Shown here: positions 1-8,574 of the stretch, piece after piece | Layout of the letters: each line of letters begins with the position of its first letter | How positions within the stretch are numbered: the first letter of the stretch is position 1 | Virus record (IMG/VR): IMGVR_UViG_3300015608_000414 | Span: 1-64,000 of that record | Source: an uncultured virus (IMG/VR IMGVR_UViG_3300015608_000414) | Lineage: Duplodnaviria > Heunggongvirae > Uroviricota > Caudoviricetes | Strand: one strand, 5' to 3' | Length of the DNA: 64,000 bases | Program-made: the position numbers and the translations under genes | The notes under the pieces: generated by a model | The model's database searches: none | Told to the model about the DNA's origin: nothing | The model's input: the letters and a program-made list of their open reading frames with translations, nothing else

Positions 1-410
1 GTAATTTATTAGAAAGAGAGCAGTACTATATTAATACATTAAAATCATATAATAAATCTATAGGATTTAATATATTATCAGATGTGGGTTTTACATGGGT
101 TAATATTAAACATTCCAAGAAAACTATTAATAAAATGAAAAAATCAAAAATAGGAAATAAAAATCCTATGTATGGTAAAGGTAAATCAATTAATCAATTA
201 GATAAAAATGGTAATTATATAAGGACATTTATATCAGTACCTGAGGCTGCTAAATTCTTGAACTTAAAATGTAAAATAGTAAGAAAAAAGAATAGGAATA
301 ATAGATTATCATATAATACAAGTTTATTAAGAAGATGTTTAAGAGGAGAAAGAAAACTAGCACATGGATTCAAGTGGGCCTATGCCAGTTTAATATACAA
401 TGATAAATAA
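1..410 (+). CDS. GIY-YIG homing endonuclease, C-terminal part (5' truncated by window edge)
   Basis: Frame is open from position 3 (NLLEREQYYINTLKS..GFN), matching the GIY-YIG ORFs at 52946/57127; NUMOD3 (HSKKTINKMKKSKIGNKNPMYGK) and NUMOD1-like C-terminus (AHGFKW). Confidence 0.85.
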   Translation, partial: NLLEREQYYINTLKSYNKSIGFNILSDVGFTWVNIKHSKKTINKMKKSKIGNKNPMYGKGKSINQLDKNGNYIRTFISVPEAAKFLNLKCKIVRKKNRNNRLSYNTSLLRRCLRGERKLAHGFKWAYASLIYNDK

Positions 411-419
411 TTAAAGAAA

Positions 420-1607
420 ATGAGTTTTAATCAGGGTGCAAATAATATTTATAAAGCTGTCAATCAATTTAATAATAATGATGACGGTTTATTTACATGG
501 AGTAGAAAACCCGTTTATACGTTTCAAAAAGGTATAACTCGATGGACTGAATATAATGACCCAACTTATTTAGGATTTGTTATAATGTTTGATTGGGTTA
601 ATAGTCCATTATTAAATATATCAGAAGACCCGGGTACCGCATATTCCTACTTAATTAGAAACGGTGAAGTTTTAAGAGCATCATATTTACAACAATTCGT
701 AGAATGTCTTAAAGCTATTAATTATAACATGCCATGGTATTGGCAATCAATTGAAGGATTAGCAAGTGCTTGGAAATATGATTCATTTAAAGAACCATAT
801 AAGGGTGGCGATGATAGTGTACTTGATATTGAGTGTTTAGAATCAATTGATTTAAAGATGACATTATTAATGGACTTATATAGAAAAGCTATATATGATA
901 ATGAGCATAAAAGAGTAATATTACCTGAAAATCTTAGAAAATTTGAAATGTATATTTATGTACAAGAAGTTAGAAAATTTCAAATTGATAAATATTTAGA
1001 AATGCAAAATAAAATTGCAGCGGTAAATGTACCAGGCGTTAATAACAAGGTACCTACAGCCGATACTACTATAATTAATAGAAATGAGAATTCACCTTAT
1101 GTAATGTTCTTATTTAAGTTTTGTGAATTTGACCCAGATGCAGCTTCTGAAACTTTTTCTACTATAAGTATGATTCATGGTGATTCCGGTGGTTTTGCTA
1201 AATCTAAAATGAGTATTAAGTATGAATTAGTAGAAGAACCTATGAATTTCTATCCTCTTATTAATGCTACTATTAGTACACTTGCACCTAATGTTCCTGC
1301 TAATAATGGTATACAAGTAAATAAATTTGAAGATGCGCCTGAAGATGATTTAAGAACTGCAGCTGTGAAATTAGGACAAGCATCTGCTAAAAGATTAGCA
1401 GATAATGCTGCAGCTGAAGCATCAAGTTTAATAGGAGCAAAAATACAAGGTTTAGTTTTAGGAAATGTATACGGTGCTTTAAATGATGTGAGAAACGCTT
1501 TACAACAAGGTTCAATACAATCACTTGGCCCAGGTTTAATTAATTCATTTAAAGATAATAAACCTAAACCGCAAAAAGATGCAGACTTAGGAAACGCTTA
1601 TGAGTAA
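420..1607 (+). CDS. Virion structural protein, possibly tail-tube initiator/baseplate hub component
   Basis: 395 aa directly upstream of the spike gene; GATAAATA box at 402; function inferred from position only. Confidence 0.4.
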   Translation: MSFNQGANNIYKAVNQFNNNDDGLFTWSRKPVYTFQKGITRWTEYNDPTYLGFVIMFDWVNSPLLNISEDPGTAYSYLIRNGEVLRASYLQQFVECLKAINYNMPWYWQSIEGLASAWKYDSFKEPYKGGDDSVLDIECLESIDLKMTLLMDLYRKAIYDNEHKRVILPENLRKFEMYIYVQEVRKFQIDKYLEMQNKIAAVNVPGVNNKVPTADTTIINRNENSPYVMFLFKFCEFDPDAASETFSTISMIHGDSGGFAKSKMSIKYELVEEPMNFYPLINATISTLAPNVPANNGIQVNKFEDAPEDDLRTAAVKLGQASAKRLADNAAAEASSLIGAKIQGLVLGNVYGALNDVRNALQQGSIQSLGPGLINSFKDNKPKPQKDADLGNAYE

Positions 1608-2370
1608 TATAGAACAAGAATTATTTGAAGATAATTTAAAAGATACAGTTTGGATTGGAGAGGTTGTTGATATCGATGACCCATTAAAAGACGGACGTGT
1701 TAAAGTAAAAGTATTTGGTAAATTTGATAAACTTGAGAATGATGTAATTCCTTGGGCTCGACCATGGAATATGTTTACAGCAGGTTCAGCAAGCGGTTCA
1801 GGATTTCACTCAGTACCTAAATTAAATTCAAAAGTAATAGTTAAATTTGATAATGGTAATATACATGAACCGTCATATATGGCAATTCAACACATGTCTG
1901 ATGATTTAAAAACTGAGATAGAAGGTTCATATGAAAACGCACACTCATTAATATATGATACAGTAACAGAAGGTGGATTAAAAGTTTTTTTCACTGAAGA
2001 AAAAGGTTTAATGTTTGACTATCAAGAAGTTCAGTTTAATATTAAAAATGATAAATCAGTATTTATTACTAATCCAAATGGAGATACTGTTGAATTAACA
2101 AATGAAGGAGTATTAACAATTAAAGTTAAGAAGGATGTTTTAGTAGAATGTGAGAAAGCTCAGATTACAGCTAGTAAATCAATTCATTTAGATTGTTCAA
2201 AGAATGCTAGTATTAAATTAGGTAGTGATGTAACAGACCAAATTATATTAGGTAATAAATTCCAAGATTATTTTAATAAACATCAACATACTGTGTATGG
2301 TGCACCTACTAGCCCGCCTACAGTACCATCAACACCAGACCATTTAAGTAAAGTAGTAAAAACACAATAA
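1600..2370 (+). CDS. Baseplate central spike (gp5/gpV-like OB-fold + beta-helix, no lysozyme domain)
   Basis: IGEVVDIDDPLKDGRVKVKVFG and PWARP...VP.LNS.V.V.F OB-fold motifs; C-terminal HQH metal-binding apex motif. Confidence 0.85.
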   Translation: MSNIEQELFEDNLKDTVWIGEVVDIDDPLKDGRVKVKVFGKFDKLENDVIPWARPWNMFTAGSASGSGFHSVPKLNSKVIVKFDNGNIHEPSYMAIQHMSDDLKTEIEGSYENAHSLIYDTVTEGGLKVFFTEEKGLMFDYQEVQFNIKNDKSVFITNPNGDTVELTNEGVLTIKVKKDVLVECEKAQITASKSIHLDCSKNASIKLGSDVTDQIILGNKFQDYFNKHQHTVYGAPTSPPTVPSTPDHLSKVVKTQ

Positions 2371-2371
2371 T

Positions 2372-2791
2372 ATGCCATTAGTTAAAACAGTATTAGAAAC
2401 AGGTATTAAAACAAGAATTAAAGCTCTTGAACCTAATTTTATTAAGAAACTTGATGGAGGTCCATTAAGTATTCAGATTGCAAATGCAACAACTATTTAT
2501 GATGCTATAGATAAGATTAAAAATAAATGTCAAGCACTTGGTCAACTAGGTGCATATGATGAACGTGTAATACAACAAGTTACATCGAATGAATGGGCTA
2601 ATGCAATCGCTAAACAAGTTATAGCCCTGTTAGCTGATGAAGTTTCAAAAATAGTTGCAGATGAGGTTGATAAATTCGTTAAGAGTGCTACGATTATTGT
2701 ACCACCTGGTCAAGCAGTATATGCTGCAGATGCTGTAGGTGGCGGCCCTGGTACAACAACTGCCCCATCATCCCCAGCACAAATTTCTTAA
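2372..2791 (+). CDS. Hypothetical spike-associated protein
   Basis: 139 aa right after the spike; Pro/Gly-rich C-terminus (IIVPPGQAV..GGGPGTTTAPS). Confidence 0.4.
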   Translation: MPLVKTVLETGIKTRIKALEPNFIKKLDGGPLSIQIANATTIYDAIDKIKNKCQALGQLGAYDERVIQQVTSNEWANAIAKQVIALLADEVSKIVADEVDKFVKSATIIVPPGQAVYAADAVGGGPGTTTAPSSPAQIS

Positions 2792-2826
2792 TTTTTTGAT
2801 TTTCTATGGAAAAATCAAAAGGACTT

Positions 2827-2834
2827 GATATATA
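2827..2834 (+). promoter_or_regulatory. Putative late promoter GATATATA (also at 6916, 13752, 25764, 33367, 34268, 40375, 49842, 52921, 57103, 60758, 61569, 61811; GATAAATA variant at 402, 20722)
   Basis: Recurrent octamer shortly upstream of start codons; resembles the T4 gp55 late promoter TATAAATA. Confidence 0.75.
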
Positions 2835-2876
2835 ATATAATACTATAATATTATTAACACTTTTAAAATTAAAAAA

Positions 2877-4010
2877 ATGATTTCTGAATTAGTTAAAGAA
2901 ACAACACAAAAAGAATTTTCATGGGAAGAAGTTGAAAGAGAACAACTTAGAATTAAGAAAAAGAAACACTTTAGTTCAATTAACCCAAAAGATTTAGGTT
3001 ACTCAGACCAAGATATCGAAGCTTACGAAAAGACTTTTAGCCGTTTAAACGGTACTCCTCAAAAAGATGCAATTATTAAATGTAAAGTTTTATCAGTTAA
3101 TGATAAATTAGCAATCGTAGATATCGGTTGCAGAGAAGATGGTTACATTGATATTACTAAAGAGAATTCTAGTTATTTAGACTATATAGTTCCAGGTAAT
3201 AATATCCAAGCTAAAGTTTTAACATCAGTAGAAGAAAAAGGTTTTATAAATCTTTCGTATACACAAGCTGTATATAAAATCAAAGAAGATGAAATCTTTA
3301 ATGCTATTGGTAAGAAAGTTGCCTATTATGGTAAAATAGAAAAATTAGTACCAGGCGGTTACTTAGTTTTATTGGATGAAGTAGAAACATTTATGCCAGG
3401 TTCTTTAGCAGGTGTAAATAAATTACATAACTTTGAAGTTATGTTAGGACAGACAGTACCTGTAGTACCTGTTAATTTCGAAAGAGGTAATATTGTAGTT
3501 TCACATAGAGAATACTTACACACATTAATCCCAGGTAAAATAGAAGAATTAAAAGAAGATATTAAAAAGAAACATACTGGTTTCGTTACAGGAACAACAC
3601 AGTATGGTATATTCTGTGAATTTAATGATTGCTTAACTGGTATGATTTTAGCATCAGATTTAGACGAAGAAACTAAAGCTAAATTTGAAAACAGAGAAGT
3701 TAAACCTGGCGCTATATTAGAATTCTTTATTAAAGAGATTATTAGCACAAAGAAAATAATCTTAACGCAAGTTTTAAAAGAAGACCCATGGGATAACATC
3801 GAAGGTAAATATAAAATCCCTTCTGTAGTTAAAGGTCGAGTTACATCAATTAAAGAATATGGTGTATTCGTAGAAATAGAACCAGGGATATCTGGATTAT
3901 TACACCAGAGTGAATTTGAAGATAAAGAGTTTAAAGAAGGAACTGTTATAGATGTTAAAATCAGCAGACTAGATACAGCTACTAAAAAGATATACTTATC
4001 ACTTAAGTAA
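2877..4010 (+). CDS. rpsA: Phage-encoded ribosomal protein bS1-like protein (about 4 S1 domains)
   Basis: S1 motifs: AIVDIGCREDGYI, ETFMPGS, NIVVSHRE, GFVTGTTQYGIFCE, GRVTSIKEYGVFVEIEPGISGLLHQSE, KIYLSLK; N-terminal EFSWEE..YEKT resembles Bacteroidota bS1. Confidence 0.9.
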   Translation: MISELVKETTQKEFSWEEVEREQLRIKKKKHFSSINPKDLGYSDQDIEAYEKTFSRLNGTPQKDAIIKCKVLSVNDKLAIVDIGCREDGYIDITKENSSYLDYIVPGNNIQAKVLTSVEEKGFINLSYTQAVYKIKEDEIFNAIGKKVAYYGKIEKLVPGGYLVLLDEVETFMPGSLAGVNKLHNFEVMLGQTVPVVPVNFERGNIVVSHREYLHTLIPGKIEELKEDIKKKHTGFVTGTTQYGIFCEFNDCLTGMILASDLDEETKAKFENREVKPGAILEFFIKEIISTKKIILTQVLKEDPWDNIEGKYKIPSVVKGRVTSIKEYGVFVEIEPGISGLLHQSEFEDKEFKEGTVIDVKISRLDTATKKIYLSLK

Positions 4011-4025
4011 TAATATTACAAACAG

Positions 4026-4057
4026 AATGGGTTACTTTAAAACTGTAACCCATTTTT
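4026..4057 (+). terminator. Intrinsic terminator after bS1
   Basis: AATGGGTTAC-N9-GTAACCCATT followed by a T run. Confidence 0.8.
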
Positions 4058-4115
4058 ATGTTTAATAACTTTAGAATATCTGAACATGAATTCGAATTTT
4101 ATCATTATATAATAT

Positions 4116-4781
4116 ATGAATAAAGCTAAAATATATGCATTAATAGACCCAACTGATAATACTATTAGATATGTTGGTAAAACTAAAAATGAATTATATA
4201 AAAGGCTTAGAAGTCATATTAGATCATCAATAAAGAACACGAGAACTAAAAAAGAATATTGGATTAATAAATTACTTGAATCTGGAATTAAGCCGCTAAT
4301 ACAGTTAATTGAAGAATGTGATATTAATAAATGGGAAGATAGGGAAATTTATTGGATAAACTTTTATTCTAAAATATATAACCTAACTAATAGCACAGAA
4401 GGGGGAGATGGCATAAGAAACGCTAAAGGTGAAAAAAATAGCATGTATGGTAAAAAACATACTATTAAATCTAAAGAATTAATGAGTATAAAAGCTAAGA
4501 AAAGAACAGGTAATAAAAACTCGATGGCTAAAAAACTTTACCAATATTCATTAGATGGTATTTTAATAAAAGAATGGGATTATTGTAAAGAGGCAGTAGA
4601 TTATTATAAGATATCTAGAGGTAACGTATCTTCTGCAGCAAAACATAATTTAGATTATATAGAAAATGGATGTAAAGGTAATATGAGAGCAGTACATGGT
4701 TTTATATTTCTACATAAAAAGATTGATATTATTAAAAATATTAATTTCCATCATAATACAATAAGAAGATTAAATAATTAA
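4116..4781 (+). CDS. GIY-YIG homing endonuclease
   Basis: KIYALIDP..IRYVGKT..RLRSH; REIYWI; NSTEGGDG; NUMOD3 MYGKKHT. Confidence 0.85.
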   Translation: MNKAKIYALIDPTDNTIRYVGKTKNELYKRLRSHIRSSIKNTRTKKEYWINKLLESGIKPLIQLIEECDINKWEDREIYWINFYSKIYNLTNSTEGGDGIRNAKGEKNSMYGKKHTIKSKELMSIKAKKRTGNKNSMAKKLYQYSLDGILIKEWDYCKEAVDYYKISRGNVSSAAKHNLDYIENGCKGNMRAVHGFIFLHKKIDIIKNINFHHNTIRRLNN

Positions 4782-4785
4782 TGAA

Positions 4786-6102
4786 ATGAATCTAAATTTA
4801 TCAAAATCTGATATACTTTTAAATGCTAAAGTTGGCATGGAATTTGAATTTTATTCTAATTATGATGTACAGAAAACTGTAACTTTATTATCTAGAGAAT
4901 TAAATAAAAAGATTTCTATAGAAACTAAGGCTCACAGTGATTTTAAACCTACTGCAGATCATTACAAAGTAGAACCTGATATGTCAGGTGGTGCTAAATT
5001 AATAGAACTTGTTACAGGTTCATTACCTTATCAGGATGCTAGACTTACTTTAATTAAAGTTCTTAAATGGATTAGAGAAAACGGTAAAACTGGCGACAGA
5101 TGCGGTATTCACATGAACATTTCATTTGACCCTGAAAAATGTGGTGATACATTCTTATCTAGACTTAATATAATTAAATTCATTTTAGAATTTGACGAGG
5201 ATTTCGTTTATAAATTATTCCCGAAAAGAGAAGGTTTAGTTTATGCTAAGTCTATTAAGTTTATTGTACCAAGAGAGAAATATCAATTTTCAGATATTAA
5301 AAATATTAACCCTCATAACTTTATAGTACCAACTGAAAAGTATTACGGTGTTAATTTCCAAAAACTTATTAAAAACTATTTAGAATTTAGATATTTAGGT
5401 GGAGATTCTTATGAGACCAGAACAACTGATTTATTAGAATTATTAGACCATTTTATTACTCAGTTATTTGATGTTGCTAAGAATCCGCAATTAACTAGTG
5501 AAAACTACGAACAACTTAGAAAGATTTTAAAGAAGTACGAACACTTAACTAAAGCATATTTATCATTTGCTGAATTTAAAAGATATTATCCTAATGTTGG
5601 TTTCCTTGTAGATTTAGATTCTGATGATAGAAGAATTAATACTTTCTGGCCAGTTATTAGAGATAAAATATTTAGTCTATTAAATGAATGTAATTTAAAA
5701 GATGGTATTATTAATTACAATTCTGATAATAATAAATTACAAATTAAAGATGCTGACTTAACAGATTCATTTAAAATAGAAAATGTAGAATTAATAGATT
5801 GTAAAGTTAGAGGTGTATTATATAATTGTGATATCTTTAAGTGTGAAGTTGAATCTGCAGAAATATATTCATGTAATGTATTTAATGAATGTACAGTTAA
5901 GGGTTCTAAATTAGAAAATTGCTATACAAATGTAACATGTACTTTAGATGATTGTTATGTATACGGTAAGAAAACTTTAATGAATGGTAAAATGATTGGT
6001 GGAGTTTTCAGAGAAGGTAGAATTACAAATATGTCTAAATTTGAGAACACAGAAAGAGTTGAATTCGAAAAAATAAAAACTAGAATAGATGTTAGACATT
6101 AA
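4786..6102 (+). CDS. Putative amidoligase (COOH-NH2 ligase family) with C-terminal Cys-rich beta-helix-like repeats
   Basis: GMEFEF, EPDMS, ELVTG, CGIHMNIS, EFRYLGG motifs of glutamine-synthetase-fold amidoligases; C-terminal xNCx-type short repeats. Confidence 0.75.
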   Translation: MNLNLSKSDILLNAKVGMEFEFYSNYDVQKTVTLLSRELNKKISIETKAHSDFKPTADHYKVEPDMSGGAKLIELVTGSLPYQDARLTLIKVLKWIRENGKTGDRCGIHMNISFDPEKCGDTFLSRLNIIKFILEFDEDFVYKLFPKREGLVYAKSIKFIVPREKYQFSDIKNINPHNFIVPTEKYYGVNFQKLIKNYLEFRYLGGDSYETRTTDLLELLDHFITQLFDVAKNPQLTSENYEQLRKILKKYEHLTKAYLSFAEFKRYYPNVGFLVDLDSDDRRINTFWPVIRDKIFSLLNECNLKDGIINYNSDNNKLQIKDADLTDSFKIENVELIDCKVRGVLYNCDIFKCEVESAEIYSCNVFNECTVKGSKLENCYTNVTCTLDDCYVYGKKTLMNGKMIGGVFREGRITNMSKFENTERVEFEKIKTRIDVRH

Positions 6103-6901
6103 TAATGAAGGCGCATTAGAAGCTGGACAATGTATGGATGAACTTATCAGAAAGATAAATTCTGAAATTACAGGCGGTTGTATGATTCCAATTAAGTTAC
6201 CTAAAAAAGAATCTATTAGAATTATTGATACTGCTAAAGAATGGTTTTATAAACACTATGAAGATTCTGTACAGGAAAATTACTATGCTATAGATAAATC
6301 TGTAATATCTTCACCTTCTTATAAAAAGACTAAGAGTTTTGAATTGCCAGGCCCAAGACCTGATGGTTCTGGTAGAATATTCTCAGTTAATAATTTATCT
6401 GTTGCAGGTGAACAAATGATTGGACTTTCAGGTAAAACCGGATTTATTGATACTGACTTTTCAATGGAGAGATTATTAGTAGGCGGTGCATACGGAGTTC
6501 CATATTCTACTGCTAATGGTGACAGTTTAATGTATTATGTAATTACTGAAAAATATTTTGATTTAGCTAGACAAGTTTTAATTAATAAAATTTCATATAA
6601 TTATAATAGATTAAATAGAAAGTTAAAGATTATGGGTGAAGACCCTAAGAATCATGTTATATTAGAAGTCTATGAAACTATTTCAGACTGTGCTTTATTT
6701 TCAGATGAAATATTTTATAGATACTGTGTAGCAATGCATAAGAAATCTATAGGTACTATGATTATGACATTTGGTTATAATTTACCAGGTAATATTACAT
6801 TAAATGGTGACATGATTAGAGGTGATGCACAAGAGGAATTAGATGCAATTAAAGAAGAGATTAAAGGCGACGAAGGAACTGATTATTTCATGACCAGTTA
6901 A
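6089..6901 (+). CDS. Neck/head-completion protein (T4 gp13-like)
   Basis: IIDTAKEWFYKHY, YNYNRLNRKLKI, LPGNITLNGDMIRGDAQEEL resemble gp13 homologues. Confidence 0.7.
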   Translation: MLDINNEGALEAGQCMDELIRKINSEITGGCMIPIKLPKKESIRIIDTAKEWFYKHYEDSVQENYYAIDKSVISSPSYKKTKSFELPGPRPDGSGRIFSVNNLSVAGEQMIGLSGKTGFIDTDFSMERLLVGGAYGVPYSTANGDSLMYYVITEKYFDLARQVLINKISYNYNRLNRKLKIMGEDPKNHVILEVYETISDCALFSDEIFYRYCVAMHKKSIGTMIMTFGYNLPGNITLNGDMIRGDAQEELDAIKEEIKGDEGTDYFMTS

Positions 6902-6940
6902 AAAAAAAATCAGTCGATATATAATTAAATTGCTTATTAT

Positions 6941-8200
6941 ATGAATAATTTAATTAAAATAATAGATAAGACAAAAAAATTAGGCCCTAAATTTCATTTA
7001 AAGAAATTAGAAAAAGAAGTTAAAGTATTTGAAAATGAGTTACCTAAAATATCTAATAATATTTTAGAAGATTTATTTTTAATAAAGGAAAAAATGACTG
7101 AAATACCGAAATGTCCTATTTGTAATAATAATAGAATGTTTAGGAATTATAAAAAAGGATATCGATCAACATGTCATTCAAAAAAATGTAGAGATAAAAA
7201 TTGTGCAAATTCAATTAAATCTTCATTTTTAGAAAAATATGGAGTTGAAAATCCATCATTAGTGAAGGATTTTCAAAAGAAAAGAGAAAATACATTTTTA
7301 GAAAAATATAATGTTAAGAATCCATATCAGGCTACAGAAGTTAAAGAAAAAATTAAAGAAACTTTTATTAAAAAATATGGCACAGATAATCCTAATAAGA
7401 GTACAGAAGTAAAAAATAAGATAAAGAAGACTAACTTAGAAAAATACGGCGTAGATAATACATATCAAATTAGTAAAGTTAAGAAAAAAATTAAAGATAA
7501 ATTTGGAGATAATTTTGGATGGGGTTCAGAATATTTTAAAAGTAAATCTAAAGAAACTTGTCAAGAAAAATATGGGATAAATCATCCAGGTGAATCTAAA
7601 GAATTTCACGAAAAGATAAGTAAAACACAAGAAGAAAAATATGGCGGCAGAGGTTTTAAATCTAAAGAAATTAACGAGAAAATAAAGAAGAATGTTAAAA
7701 GCAAATATGGATATGATATATCATCTAAAAGCCCTATTATTAAATCAAAGATAATAGACACTTGTCTAGAAAGATATGGAGAAAGACATCCAATGCAAAA
7801 CATTCAAATATTTGAAAAAAATTCAAAAAAGGCATATAAATGGAAATCCATTAAATTTAATGGTGGTATAGTAAGTGTACAAGGATATGAACCATATGCA
7901 ATACAATATTTATTAAATTGTGGTTATTTAGAAAATGATTTATTTATTAATAATAGTGATATTAATGAAGAAATTGGTAAAATATATTATATAGATAGTA
8001 AAGATAAAAAACATAGATATTATCCAGATATTTATATAAAGAGTGAAAATAAGATTATAGAAGTTAAATCTGAATATACATATAGAAAGAATGAATCGAT
8101 AAATTTATTAAAACGTCAAGCTTGTTTAGACAGAGGTTTAAATTTTGAGTTTTTAATAATAAATGATAAGTTTTTAAAAGAAAATAATTTGATAGAATAA
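6941..8200 (+). CDS. Putative homing endonuclease with KYGVxNP repeats and C-terminal PD-(D/E)XK domain
   Basis: CPIC Zn motif; about 9 (E/K)KYGxxNP-like repeats; YYPDIYIKSENKIIEVKS catalytic motif. Confidence 0.75.
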   Translation: MNNLIKIIDKTKKLGPKFHLKKLEKEVKVFENELPKISNNILEDLFLIKEKMTEIPKCPICNNNRMFRNYKKGYRSTCHSKKCRDKNCANSIKSSFLEKYGVENPSLVKDFQKKRENTFLEKYNVKNPYQATEVKEKIKETFIKKYGTDNPNKSTEVKNKIKKTNLEKYGVDNTYQISKVKKKIKDKFGDNFGWGSEYFKSKSKETCQEKYGINHPGESKEFHEKISKTQEEKYGGRGFKSKEINEKIKKNVKSKYGYDISSKSPIIKSKIIDTCLERYGERHPMQNIQIFEKNSKKAYKWKSIKFNGGIVSVQGYEPYAIQYLLNCGYLENDLFINNSDINEEIGKIYYIDSKDKKHRYYPDIYIKSENKIIEVKSEYTYRKNESINLLKRQACLDRGLNFEFLIINDKFLKENNLIE

Positions 8201-8201
8201 A

Positions 8202-8561
8202 TTGGCTGACATATACATAAAGGTAGAAGGTGACCCTAGATTTGAAGAAGATAAAATTGAAAATGCTGATATATTAGAACAATATCTACAGCAGATTGAA
8301 TTATTATTATTTACAAGAAAGGGTGAAGTTTTAGGTGAACCTAGATTAGGTGCTGATATTGAAGACTTAATATATGGACTTAATTTATCAGAAGCCCCTA
8401 TCAAAACAGCTATAATGGACCAGATAACTAGATTTTGCATGCTACATACTGTTTTTAAAACTGATGTAGAAGTTAAATTTTATAAAGGTACCGAAAGAGA
8501 TATTGGTGTAATTGATATTATCGTAAATGATAATCAAGTAGCTGGTATCGTGCTGACTTAA
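8202..8561 (+). CDS. Baseplate wedge / sheath initiator (gp25-like)
   Basis: LLFTRKGEVLGEPRLGADIEDLI signature; TTG start. Confidence 0.85.
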   Translation: MADIYIKVEGDPRFEEDKIENADILEQYLQQIELLLFTRKGEVLGEPRLGADIEDLIYGLNLSEAPIKTAIMDQITRFCMLHTVFKTDVEVKFYKGTERDIGVIDIIVNDNQVAGIVLT

Positions 8562-8574
8562 ATAATAAATAAAA

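Noticed and set aside
7230..7800. Periodic aaatatgg repeats
   Set aside because: They encode the KYG protein repeats of the endonuclease and are not a DNA-level array
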